A stretch of 64,000 nucleotides of DNA. Origin: Bernardetia sp. GTDB taxonomy: Bacteria; Bacteroidota; Bacteroidia; Cytophagales; Bernardetiaceae. How positions within the stretch are numbered: the first letter of the stretch is position 1; the number at the start of each line of letters is the position of its first letter. The position numbers were made by a program, and so were the translations under genes. Positions 54,965 to 64,000 of this stretch are shown piece by piece. The stretch lies in the NCBI RefSeq assembly GCF_020630935.1, contig NZ_JAHDIG010000005.1:1-64000 (forward strand), given 5' to 3'. Below the pieces are notes generated by a model, which searched no databases, was not told the origin of the DNA, and worked only from the letters and a program-made list of their open reading frames with translations.

Positions 54965-55828
54965 TTATATTTTACTAAACCATTCCGTATTTACTGAAAC
55001 TTCTTCTATCAATTCAGTTTTTACGCCTAATGATAATTCTTTCAATTTATCACATAATAAATCTCCATCAATCAAGTCAATAGGAGGTGCGCCATCTCGG
55101 GTAGCTTCTTTTACAGCTTCTCTAGTAAAATTTCCTGTGGTAATAAATAATCCTTTGTCTGCTCTTCCCTGCATTGCACCTCTAAAGTCCCTAATTTCAC
55201 TAGAACTAACAGACCCTTTATATCTTTTAGATTGGAAAAATACATGAAAACTCAAAAAGCCACTGATTCTGACAATTCCCTTTCCATCAATACCTCCATC
55301 ACCACTTTTGCCAGTAACCTCAACTTGGACAAAACCACTTTCTCTAAGCACTCTTTGGCAAAGCCTTTCAAAAGCAGCAGGCTCAATTCTTAAAATAGTT
55401 GCTATGAGAGTTTCTTTCCAGTCTATGTTATCCTCAACTTCTTCTTTAGCTTCATCTTTAATTTCTGTATTTTTCTTTTTTCTCTCTTGATAAGTTATTT
55501 CCCTTACTTTTTTTACAATTTCATCAGAGTTAAAGTCCTTTGGATTTAGTTCATTATCTATCAAAGACCATACACCACGAGAGGAATTTTCGATGATGCC
55601 ATATTTCTTTAAATAGGTTCTTGCCCAAGCAAGACGATAATCCACTTCACTTTGTACACCATTTTCATCGTGCTGAACTTCCAATATATCTTCTGATAAG
55701 TTGGCAACTAAATACACAGCTTCATTGATTTCGTCAATAGAACCAGAACCTCCAAGATTTTTCAATGCTTTTAAGGTTGGTATTATGAACTTATCATAAT
55801 TAGGTACTTTTGTATTATTCTTTTTCAT
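54965..55828 (-). CDS. mrr: Mrr-like type IV restriction endonuclease (Mrr_N plus Mrr_cat)
   Basis: C-terminal Mrr catalytic core ...VQVEVTGKSGDGGIDGKGI...FQSKRYKGSVSSSEIRDFRGAM...GLFITTGNFT. Probable start at MKKNNTKVPNYDKFIIPT. Confidence 0.75.
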   Translation of the reverse strand: MKKNNTKVPNYDKFIIPTLKALKNLGGSGSIDEINEAVYLVANLSEDILEVQHDENGVQSEVDYRLAWARTYLKKYGIIENSSRGVWSLIDNELNPKDFNSDEIVKKVREITYQERKKKNTEIKDEAKEEVEDNIDWKETLIATILRIEPAAFERLCQRVLRESGFVQVEVTGKSGDGGIDGKGIVRISGFLSFHVFFQSKRYKGSVSSSEIRDFRGAMQGRADKGLFITTGNFTREAVKEATRDGAPPIDLIDGDLLCDKLKELSLGVKTELIEEVSVNTEWFSKI

Positions 55829-55850
55829 GTTATTATGATAATTTGCACAC

Positions 55851-57506
55851 TTATTTTTCCTGCAAAAGCTCCTTAGCACTATTATACGTACTCGTACTTG
55901 GCGTAGAGCCTCCAATCATTTGAGCAATTTCTCTGACACGCTCATCGGCTGAAAGTTTTTTGATTTTTGAAACAGTGCGTTCTGCTGAATTATCTTTATA
56001 AATAAAATAATGTGAACTTCCCTGTGAAGCGACTTGTGGCAAGTGGCTGATAATTAAGATTTGATGTGTTTTGGACATATCTTGAATAATTTTACCCATT
56101 TTAAGGGCAATTTCTCCAGAAATACCTGTGTCAATCTCATCAAAAACAAGAGTAGGCAATGAAATATGTTTTGCCAAACGATATTTTATACAAAGCATCA
56201 AACGAGAAAACTCTCCCCCAGAAGCGACATCTTTCAACGGCTGTGGAGAAATTCCTTTGTTTGCCGAGAACCAAAATTCTACTAAATCTGCCCCCGACGG
56301 ACTAAGTGGAATAGGTGTGATTTCAATTTGAAAACGAGCATTTGGCATTCCAAGTTCGCCCAAAAGATAATTGATTTGGTTTTGCGTATCTTCTACAACG
56401 GATTTTCTTTGTTCGGTAAGCTGTGCTGCAAGGTCTGTCAAGTAGGCTTTGCTTCTTGCTATTTCTTCTTTGAGGTCTTTTAAGTCATCATCAAAATTCT
56501 CTACTTTCTTCACTTTTTCAGCTATTTCATCACGAATAGCAATCAGTTCTTCTGGACTTTGAACGTTGTGTTTAGTTTCCAAATGATATAAAGCACTCAA
56601 AATCTGTTTTACAACACCTGCTGTTTCATCATCTACTACCAACTCTTCCGATTCTGATTCAATAGACTTTGAAATATCTTGAATTTCTATCATGGCACTA
56701 TTCAAACGCTCATACAAGGCTTCAAAAGCTGGCGAAAACGAACTTGTTTTGGAAAGCGCATGTACGGCTTCTCTCAAAATATTTTCGGCTGAATATTCCT
56801 CGTCTGCGAGTGAGTTGTAGGCAATCGACATTTGCGTTCGTATGAAATCTACATTCTCTAGGCGTTCTAATTCTTGTTCTAGTTCCTCTTTATTTATCTT
56901 TTCTAAATCTGCCTTTTCTAGTTCTTCTAAAAGGTGCATATTGTAATCGTACTCTTTTCGAAGCCTAATTTCCTCATTTTTTAGCTCTTCATATTTTTTT
57001 ATAACTTTTCTGTACTGACGATATTCTTGTCCATAGATTTCTAAAAGTGTTTTGGTATTGGCATACAAATCTAAAACGTCTCTTTGATAATCATTTGAAA
57101 AAAGCTGCATCGTGTCGTGCTGTGCGTGAATGTCCATCAGACGAACAGAAATTCTCTTTAAAGAATCTAAGGAAACAGGCATATCATTAATGAAAGCTCT
57201 TGAACGCCCATTAGGCGCAATTTGCCTACGAATAATGCAGGTAGTGTCATATTCTACATCTTCTTTCTCAAATATTTTTTGAAGGTTATAATTTGTAATA
57301 TCAAATGTTCCTTCAATGACACATTTTCCATCTGGATTGAGAAGTACCTTTGTATCTGCTCGGTTTCCAGCCAACAGCCCAAGCGCACCACGCAAGATAG
57401 ATTTTCCCGCTCCTGTCTCACCTGTAATGACATTTAGGTTAGTGTCAGGCTGAATTTCTAAATGCTCTATGAGCGCATAATTATCGATAAGCAAATGTTT
57501 GAGCAT
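55851..57506 (-). CDS. recN: DNA repair protein RecN
   Basis: MLKHLLIDNYALIEHLEI...VITGETGAGKSIL Walker A, long coiled-coil, C-terminal ABC signature/Walker B. Confidence 0.95.
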   Translation of the reverse strand: MLKHLLIDNYALIEHLEIQPDTNLNVITGETGAGKSILRGALGLLAGNRADTKVLLNPDGKCVIEGTFDITNYNLQKIFEKEDVEYDTTCIIRRQIAPNGRSRAFINDMPVSLDSLKRISVRLMDIHAQHDTMQLFSNDYQRDVLDLYANTKTLLEIYGQEYRQYRKVIKKYEELKNEEIRLRKEYDYNMHLLEELEKADLEKINKEELEQELERLENVDFIRTQMSIAYNSLADEEYSAENILREAVHALSKTSSFSPAFEALYERLNSAMIEIQDISKSIESESEELVVDDETAGVVKQILSALYHLETKHNVQSPEELIAIRDEIAEKVKKVENFDDDLKDLKEEIARSKAYLTDLAAQLTEQRKSVVEDTQNQINYLLGELGMPNARFQIEITPIPLSPSGADLVEFWFSANKGISPQPLKDVASGGEFSRLMLCIKYRLAKHISLPTLVFDEIDTGISGEIALKMGKIIQDMSKTHQILIISHLPQVASQGSSHYFIYKDNSAERTVSKIKKLSADERVREIAQMIGGSTPSTSTYNSAKELLQEK

Positions 57507-57598
57507 AGTATTTAGTTGTTGTGCTTGCTTGTGGAGACACAAGCAATGGCAATATGGAAGAATATGTTTGAGTACGAAAATACAAAATTCTACAATTT

Positions 57599-57631
57599 AA
57601 ACCCTGAGGGTTTTCAAAACCCTTAGGGTTT
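57599..57631. promoter_or_regulatory. Two tandem palindromes AAACCCTGAGGGTTT and AAACCCTTAGGGTTT in the recN/permease divergent promoter, a candidate operator
   Basis: Two 15-bp dyads with centres ~18 bp apart, read directly from the sequence. A related hairpin follows the permease gene at 59390-59424. Confidence 0.4.
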
Positions 57632-57708
57632 CGAAAAACAGTTCTTTATCTTTGCAAGATAAATTGATATGCTTACAAAATTAGCAAAAAGTATTTATAT
57701 TTTTACAA

Positions 57709-59391
57709 ATGCCTAGCTTAAAATCCTTTTTTTCTTCTTTTTTGTCTTCTTTTTTAGCAATCCTGTTGCTTTTAGTGTGGAGTATGCCCATTTTGTATCT
57801 TTTTACGGCATTTGACGGAGAAAGTAGTACAGCTTGGAATCATATTGCTAAAAATCTTTTGCTAGATTATACATTAGGTTCTTTGAAAATGCTTTTGGGA
57901 GTAAGTATAGGCGTACTTTTGCTGGGTGTTCCGACGGCTTGGCTGGTTTCTACTACTGATTTTTTTGGACGTAGATTTTTTCAGTGGTCTTTGGTGTTGC
58001 CACTTGCAATTCCAGCTTATATTTTGGCTTATACGTACGCTGCTAGTTTGTCTTATACAGGTGCAGTAGGAATATTTCTAAGAGAAAACGGTCTGCCTTC
58101 TATACCAATCATGTCTGATTTTGGAGGTATTTTTATTCTCTCTTTGGCACTTTATCCTTATGTCTATGCAGTTAGTAGAACGGCTTTTTCCAATCAGTTA
58201 GGCAGTGTTTGGGAGGCTTCCAAAATGCTTGGGAAATCTTCTTTTTATACATTTTTTAAAGTCGTTTTGCCACTTGCTCGTCCGTTTATCTTTGGAGGAC
58301 TTCTGCTTGTGATGATGGAAGTTTTGAATGAATACGGAACATTCAAGTATTATGGCATTCAGACTTTTACGACAGGAATTTTCAGTGCATGGGCAAAATT
58401 TGGAGACGTAAAAGCTGCTCTTCGTCTAGCATTGTGTCTTTTTGGGGGGATTATTTTATTGGTGGCTTTGGAAAGAAATCAGCGTGGTAGAATGGCTTTT
58501 TCAGATGATAAAAATACGACACCTATGCCACGAAAAAAGTTAGGTTTTGTTTGGCAAATTTTAGCTTTTAGTTTTTGTCTTTTGGTATTTTGTTTGGCTT
58601 TTGGTTTTCCTGTTTTGCAGCTTATTTTTTGGACAATCAAAGAATTTCAAGATAAGGGAATAGATAAAGTTTTGAATGAAGAAATCTATAATTTGATTTC
58701 TCATACTATTACACTTTCCTTTTTGAGTGCTTTTGTGGTTTTGGTAGTAGCTATTTTATTAGGTCTTTTTCAGAAAAAAAATAAGAACTATATCGTTGGT
58801 GGGGAAGTCAAAAATAGAACAGTTTCAAGACTTCAAGCAAATACAACAAAATTTATCAGCCGAATTGCTACTATGGGTTATGCCGTTCCGGGGGCTGTGA
58901 TAGCTGTGGGAGTGTTGGGGGTATTTTTGTGGATTGATAAGAAACTGTATTCTTTTTTGTTGAATAGTTTTGACATAAAAGTAGGCTTGCTGATTTCTGG
59001 TACAGTCATTTCTCTAATTTATGCCTATTCTGTTCGTTTTTTAGCTGTGGGAGCTCAACCTATTGAAAGCCAGCTTTTGAAGATTGGAAATTCATTGGAG
59101 GCTGCTTCAAGAATGCTAGGAAAAAATGCTATCCAAACGTTTTTCAAAATTACGTTGCCTCTGCTTCGTCCTGCTATGCTGACAGCCTTACTTTTGGTGT
59201 TTGTGGATGTGAGTAAAGAACTTCCTCTTACACTTATTTTGCGTCCTTTCAACTATGATACGTTAGCGACAAAGGCTTATGAACTTGCTGACCAAGAGTT
59301 TGTGGCACAGTCTGCTTTACCTGCTCTTCTGATTATACTGATAAGTCTTTTACCTGCTATTTTGCTTTCTAAAATTGGTAGAAAGAAATAA
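57709..59391 (+). CDS. Fused two-domain ABC transporter permease (iron(III)/thiamine-type, FbpB/ThiP-like)
   Basis: 560 aa with two repeats of a six-transmembrane-helix binding-protein-dependent permease domain. Confidence 0.8.
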   Translation: MPSLKSFFSSFLSSFLAILLLLVWSMPILYLFTAFDGESSTAWNHIAKNLLLDYTLGSLKMLLGVSIGVLLLGVPTAWLVSTTDFFGRRFFQWSLVLPLAIPAYILAYTYAASLSYTGAVGIFLRENGLPSIPIMSDFGGIFILSLALYPYVYAVSRTAFSNQLGSVWEASKMLGKSSFYTFFKVVLPLARPFIFGGLLLVMMEVLNEYGTFKYYGIQTFTTGIFSAWAKFGDVKAALRLALCLFGGIILLVALERNQRGRMAFSDDKNTTPMPRKKLGFVWQILAFSFCLLVFCLAFGFPVLQLIFWTIKEFQDKGIDKVLNEEIYNLISHTITLSFLSAFVVLVVAILLGLFQKKNKNYIVGGEVKNRTVSRLQANTTKFISRIATMGYAVPGAVIAVGVLGVFLWIDKKLYSFLLNSFDIKVGLLISGTVISLIYAYSVRFLAVGAQPIESQLLKIGNSLEAASRMLGKNAIQTFFKITLPLLRPAMLTALLLVFVDVSKELPLTLILRPFNYDTLATKAYELADQEFVAQSALPALLIILISLLPAILLSKIGRKK

Positions 59392-59424
59392 ACCCTAAAG
59401 ATTTTTGAAAATCCTTAGGGTTTA
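59390..59424. terminator. Hairpin AAACCCTAA...TTAGGGTTT downstream of the permease gene, between convergent genes
   Basis: 9-bp stem plus 16-nt loop. It shares the AAACCCT/AGGGTTT arms with the 57599-57631 palindromes. Confidence 0.45.
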
Positions 59425-59429
59425 GAGAG

Positions 59430-62400
59430 TTACATTTTCACAACTTTAAAAGTTTTCTGAATTGTACTGGTTTTTAGTTGTATCATATAACTTCCCCTAG
59501 CTAAATTTTGAAGGTCATGCATTTCTACTTTATGAGTTCCTTTAGAGAAAGACTGAGAAATAGTTTTTATACTTCTTCCTGTCATATCTAACAGATTAAT
59601 TTCTACTATTTCTTGCTTATCTAAAGCAAAATCAAGTTTTAGAGTATTTGTAAATGGATTTGGATAAGCTACAAAAGCAGAACTATTTTTAGTATTATCA
59701 ATGCTCCAATTTACTTTCTTAATATTAGAATAAGAGAACGTACCATCTTTGTCTATTTGCTTCAAACGATAATAAGCTTCTCTATTTTCTATACCAACGT
59801 TTTTATCAATAAAAGAATACATATTTTTTGTCTCACTTCTTGAAATCGCATTTCTTGTTTCTCCAATAGCTTTAAAGTCTTCTCCATTTATAGAACGTTC
59901 TACTTCGAAATAATCATGGTTTTTTTCTCCAGTAGTTGTCCAGTCTAATATGGCATCACTTTCAAACGGTTTGGCATCAAAAGAAAGGAAGGTAAGAGGT
60001 AAAATATTATCATTAGTTAGAGCTCCTAGAGTAAAAGGACTGAAATTAGTTATTGCTCCGTTGCTCAAAACACCATCATAAGGGGTATTGATAATTCCTC
60101 CATTAAAATGATCTCGCCAAACACTACCATCCCAACGAACAACTTTTAAGCCTGTTGTCGGTCCTACTGTACAACTACGAATATCATCAAAGCTAAGCGT
60201 AACCACTACATTTGAAGAGCCACTTGTTCTGTCTAAAATCCAATATTCACACTGTCCTACATGATGAATAGAAGCCTCTTTAGAGAATGGGTCGTTTGGT
60301 GTTATTTGTTTAAAATACTGTGCTGTAAAATGGTCTGTTACATTAGCAGGAGCAGAGATTCCGATAGGTGCTCCCCAACCAGCATTTCCTACAGGAAAAT
60401 CGAAAGCATCATCTCCAATCTTACGTACTTGCATGTCTGCATGACTTGCATTTGTTGCAACTGTTGAAGTTGCATTATCTACAAAAATAAATTTATGGTT
60501 GTTATCAGCTGCAAAAACTCCATCTGTCCAAGTAGCAGAGTTCAAGACTTGTATGTCTGTGTTTTGAGTTCTGACACCTGCCCCCGTATTAATTATTTCT
60601 AAATTATGAAAATACAAATCTGTACTTAGAGGAAACGTATTAATTTGCTCTGTATCAATATGTAGAGTAGCTGACATAAGCCTACCAAACTCTCCTGCTG
60701 CTAAATCAAATACTCTAATAGTCCAGTTTCCAGAAGGGTTTTCTCCATCAAAATCACTAAGAGGTTGATTTGGTGTAAATGTTCCATTAATGCTTGGTGT
60801 TCCACCTCCACACTGGGCTTGTACAGGCTGTATGGCTTCATCATCAAGTGTAACAACAATATTATCTCCACTACAATTACCTGTACCATTTACAGGACTA
60901 GCAAGTACATCTTTAAACGTACCCAATGGACTTATTATTCTTATATATAAATCTCCAACACGTGTATGATTAATTTCTATATCTAAATCAATATCAGAGA
61001 TAGTTTCTACTGTAGCAGGTACATTTATTGTATGGTCAAGGAAAAGGCTAGTAGAAAAGAAGTTATCTGGGATATCAAGTCCAGCACTTGCAGTTGTTGA
61101 TATATTCAAATCCCAATCACGAAACGTACCTGTATCTACATTAACTCTATCTGAAATATTAAGCGTCCAAACTCCAGAAGGGTTTTCTCCATCAAAAGCA
61201 GATAGAGCTTGTGAAGGACGATATGTACCATTAATAGTTGGATTACCTCCGTTACATTGTAATTGAACACTAGCACCAGCAGCGTCTGAAAGTGTTGTAT
61301 TAATGTTATTCCTAGAGCAATTTCCTAAACCACTCAAAACTCTATTGATAAGAGTCACAGTTGTTCCTGCAGGGCTAGTGAGTGTTACAATCAAATCTCC
61401 TACATAAGAATGGTCAATATCTAAATCTACTGTTATGTCGGTAATAGTAGCAGTAGTATTCGGAACTGTAATCGTTCGGCTAACTCCTGCTGCATTATTG
61501 TCTGGAATATTTACATCTGTTGAATTATTATATGTAGTTGTGCCTGCTGGAGTCACTAAAGCAGCATCATTATCATAAGAGTTAGAAGATGTAGTCGCTG
61601 TCTGTCCTGTACTTATTCCTGTGTGATTGATAAATTGTTGAGCATTTCCATCAAAGCGAATAGTAGATAACCCTGCGTTGTATGCCCCTGCATTAGTAAA
61701 ATTACCAGCTACTCTTAAAAGTCCTCTACCTGCGTTTATAGTTCCTGTCCCTGTATTGTCAAGGTTTCCTTCAATGATAAGTGTTCCTCCATTGAGATTT
61801 ATAGTACCACTATTACTCACATCGCCTCTTACTGTGAGTGTTTGTCCTGTAGTTATATTCAGAACATTATTTTCTAAGATAGTAAGTGTTCTGCACTCAT
61901 TAGTTGCATCAAGTGTTACAGTTCTTGGTGTTCCACAACTAAGAATGACATCGCTAGTTGCAGTAGGCACAGAATTATTAATCCATGTGGCATTTAAATT
62001 CCAATTAGAAGAAGCATCTGCATACCACACATTTGATGTAGCAGGAAGTGTTGTAAGTGTAACTGTACCTGTGGTGGCTAACTGACTGAGTTTTCCTTCT
62101 GTTACGGCATAAATCTGATAGTGATATGTAGTATTAGGGTTTAGCCCAGTGATACTAGCACTTGTTGTGTTAGCAGGTAATTGCTGATCAAAGGTATAAT
62201 TAACTCCATCGGTTGAGCGATAAAGAACAATACCCACTTCATTAGTAGCATTGTCAGTCCAGCTTAGAATAAAAGATGAAGAAGTAGCACAGCTAGCACT
62301 TGCATCTACTTCTTGTCCAGATACTTGAACAGGGTTAAATAAGTATCTTCTACGGCTACCATTGCTATTGCTATTGAGTTGAGTAATCGTACCGTTTGGA

Positions 62401-63125
62401 TAAGTGTTATTTGTAGCTGTTGTACTAGCTGTATGGCTTGATATATTTACAGATAAGAAATCATTTGTTCCTGGTGCTCCTTCGTATCCAATTCCAACAT
62501 TTCCTGCCGTAATTGCTCCCCCACTATTTCTCATTGAGCCATATATAAATTCTATCTGCCCACTACTTGTAGGAACTACTGTGTTTACTCTTGCTGTTTC
62601 GTATATACGCATTTCAAATGTAGCATCACTACTTCCACTATTGTAACTTACCTGCATGTTTCTACATTGCACTGCTAGTATTCTGTTAGGAGCTGTACCT
62701 GTTATTCTATATCGTACTTCCCCTGTTTCCCAATCTCCATCGTCTAAGACGCCTCCTACTGTACTACTTGCAGCAAATGGACTCAAACGTGCATGTCCAT
62801 TGATATTATATGTATTTCCTTCAGAAAAAATAGGTATAGAGCCAAAACGAAGTACACCATTTGTATTTATATTAAAAGAAGTAAAACGTTCTCCCATAAA
62901 CCATACTTCAAAGGGAATATTTACTACTGAGGCAGCAGGAACGTTTCCTCCTCCATCATTAAAAGTCTGATGATTTTCATTTGCTCCAATAATAGTAGTC
63001 CATCCTCCTCCTGTGGAAAGGCTGCTTGTATTATTGGTGCTGAAAGCATAATTATTAGCTTCTTGTGCGTGTAAAGCTAAAGGAAATAGAAAAACAAGAA
63101 AATATAAAGTAATTATTTTTTTCAT
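59430..63125 (-). CDS. Very large secreted T9SS cargo protein with two proprotein-convertase P-domains, beta-helix/Ig-like repeats and a C-terminal Por sorting domain
   Basis: Signal peptide. Two P-domain signatures (HSYVGDLIVTLTSPAGTTVTL and HTRVGDLYIRIISPLGTF). C-terminal ...GSYMIQLKTSTIQKTFKVVKM. Confidence 0.75.
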   Translation of the reverse strand: MKKIITLYFLVFLFPLALHAQEANNYAFSTNNTSSLSTGGGWTTIIGANENHQTFNDGGGNVPAASVVNIPFEVWFMGERFTSFNINTNGVLRFGSIPIFSEGNTYNINGHARLSPFAASSTVGGVLDDGDWETGEVRYRITGTAPNRILAVQCRNMQVSYNSGSSDATFEMRIYETARVNTVVPTSSGQIEFIYGSMRNSGGAITAGNVGIGYEGAPGTNDFLSVNISSHTASTTATNNTYPNGTITQLNSNSNGSRRRYLFNPVQVSGQEVDASASCATSSSFILSWTDNATNEVGIVLYRSTDGVNYTFDQQLPANTTSASITGLNPNTTYHYQIYAVTEGKLSQLATTGTVTLTTLPATSNVWYADASSNWNLNATWINNSVPTATSDVILSCGTPRTVTLDATNECRTLTILENNVLNITTGQTLTVRGDVSNSGTINLNGGTLIIEGNLDNTGTGTINAGRGLLRVAGNFTNAGAYNAGLSTIRFDGNAQQFINHTGISTGQTATTSSNSYDNDAALVTPAGTTTYNNSTDVNIPDNNAAGVSRTITVPNTTATITDITVDLDIDHSYVGDLIVTLTSPAGTTVTLINRVLSGLGNCSRNNINTTLSDAAGASVQLQCNGGNPTINGTYRPSQALSAFDGENPSGVWTLNISDRVNVDTGTFRDWDLNISTTASAGLDIPDNFFSTSLFLDHTINVPATVETISDIDLDIEINHTRVGDLYIRIISPLGTFKDVLASPVNGTGNCSGDNIVVTLDDEAIQPVQAQCGGGTPSINGTFTPNQPLSDFDGENPSGNWTIRVFDLAAGEFGRLMSATLHIDTEQINTFPLSTDLYFHNLEIINTGAGVRTQNTDIQVLNSATWTDGVFAADNNHKFIFVDNATSTVATNASHADMQVRKIGDDAFDFPVGNAGWGAPIGISAPANVTDHFTAQYFKQITPNDPFSKEASIHHVGQCEYWILDRTSGSSNVVVTLSFDDIRSCTVGPTTGLKVVRWDGSVWRDHFNGGIINTPYDGVLSNGAITNFSPFTLGALTNDNILPLTFLSFDAKPFESDAILDWTTTGEKNHDYFEVERSINGEDFKAIGETRNAISRSETKNMYSFIDKNVGIENREAYYRLKQIDKDGTFSYSNIKKVNWSIDNTKNSSAFVAYPNPFTNTLKLDFALDKQEIVEINLLDMTGRSIKTISQSFSKGTHKVEMHDLQNLARGSYMIQLKTSTIQKTFKVVKM

Positions 63126-63821
63126 AATATTGTAGTTAATAAATGGGTAGTAGATACATTACTGCATGAAATCTTGACAATTAATTAACTTAACTATACG
63201 CAATAGATATACTATTTAATAAAAAACAGTGATACTATTAAGTAAATGTTATCACAGTTAATGTTGTACATCAGTCTGCTTGACTGATTTGTAAAATAAA
63301 AAACTTAATTTTTTAAATAAAGCCTTATAAATTTTCCCATCAGACTAGAAGCCTGACCTACGTAAAAAACTGTGACGACCATTAGTAAGTTATAGGGGAA
63401 GTTAAATTTTGACAAAAATACTAATATGATTTGGAATTTGTATTAAAATACTACCAAAATATCTAAATAATACCTATTATGTAAAATATTATCATGAATT
63501 ATAGTATATATCTAATCTCAATTATCAGAGCAAAATATATTCCATTATTATTGCAATAATTGACGCAAGTATCTAATAGTCAGTTGTATAGCAATTTTTT
63601 AAATTCTTTGTAATGGAGTGTGTTTTTTACTGGAAAAGTTGATTGATTTGAAATAATATACAAAAAAAAGTCAAAATATTAATAATTTTGAAAGTTGTCT
63701 TTTGATGATTCTATCTCATCCAAATAATGCTTTATTATTGAATGAGGTAGAAGCTATTTTCCAAAAAAAAACGCTTTATTATGAAAAATAATAAAGCGTT
63801 TTACCAAATAGTTTCAGATAT

Positions 63822-64000
63822 TTACATTTTCACTACTTTATAAGTTCTTTGTAATGTACTTGTACTTAATCTTACCATGTAACTTCCACTTTTAAGATTG
63901 CTTAGTCCTCTCATTTCTACTCTATGACTTTTATCAGAAAAGGACTGCGAAATCGTTTTAATGCTCCTGCCAGTCATATCTAAAAGAGTAATTTCTACTA
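63822..64000 (-). CDS. 3' end of another T9SS C-terminal-domain-containing secreted protein (partial; continues beyond the window)
   Basis: Minus-strand translation ...GSYMVRLSTSTLQRTYKVVKM* ends at 63822, closely matching the C-terminal domain of the 59430-63125 protein. Confidence 0.55.
   Translation of the reverse strand, partial: VEITLLDMTGRSIKTISQSFSDKSHRVEMRGLSNLKSGSYMVRLSTSTLQRTYKVVKM

Noticed and set aside
59390-59424. TTAGGG/CCCTAA telomere-like hexamers in the AAACCCT...AGGGTTT hairpins
   Set aside because: A single copy per arm within a palindrome. Coincidental resemblance, not a telomeric array.
61678-62970. Several + strand ORFs of 80-135 aa inside the 1231-aa T9SS cargo gene
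   Set aside because: Antisense frames of a long, well-supported minus-strand gene. They are Pro/Ser/Val-rich artefacts of codon bias.
1-64000. Search for tRNA genes, rRNA and CRISPR arrays
   Set aside because: No GTTCGAATC/T-loop-containing cloverleaf candidates and no regularly spaced direct repeats were seen. The only regular repeats are the features reported.

Overview
This is an AT-rich bacterial chromosomal window of roughly one-third GC. Its character is Bacteroidetes, probably Cytophagia-like: there are several Por/T9SS C-terminal sorting domains, lipoproteins with 'SC' lipoboxes, and no Shine-Dalgarno-dependent architecture. Most of the window is housekeeping. The housekeeping genes are the thrA-thrB operon, ftsZ, gltA, rplU-rpmA, queA, hslU, recN, an ftsL-ftsI fragment, yidD, mgtE, cysC and floA. 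Accessory content is interspersed among them. The strongest accessory signal is an 827-aa homolog of the eukaryotic major vault protein at 27523-30006, flanked by unusual structured non-coding DNA. Other non-routine genes are a bacterial type IB topoisomerase, a RelE/HigB-like toxin-antitoxin pair, a Mrr-like type IV restriction enzyme, and a pentapeptide-repeat protein. The pentapeptide-repeat gene has a terminator-like hairpin in its 5' leader. A HuH (IS200-like, REP-associated) tyrosine transposase is flanked by palindromic REP-like repeats. There are two copies plus one fragment of a ~130-bp MITE-like element with 12-bp terminal inverted repeats and an apparent 9-bp target-site duplication. 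A dispersed (TTACTGNTAACTG)x2 motif sits immediately 5' of the start codons of queA, ftsI and ftsL. A palindromic AAACCCTNAGGGTTT motif occurs three times around the recN/permease locus. The cell-division (dcw) gene order is fragmented: ftsZ lacks ftsA, and ftsI is followed by an unknown lipoprotein instead of murE. I found no tRNA, rRNA or CRISPR array.
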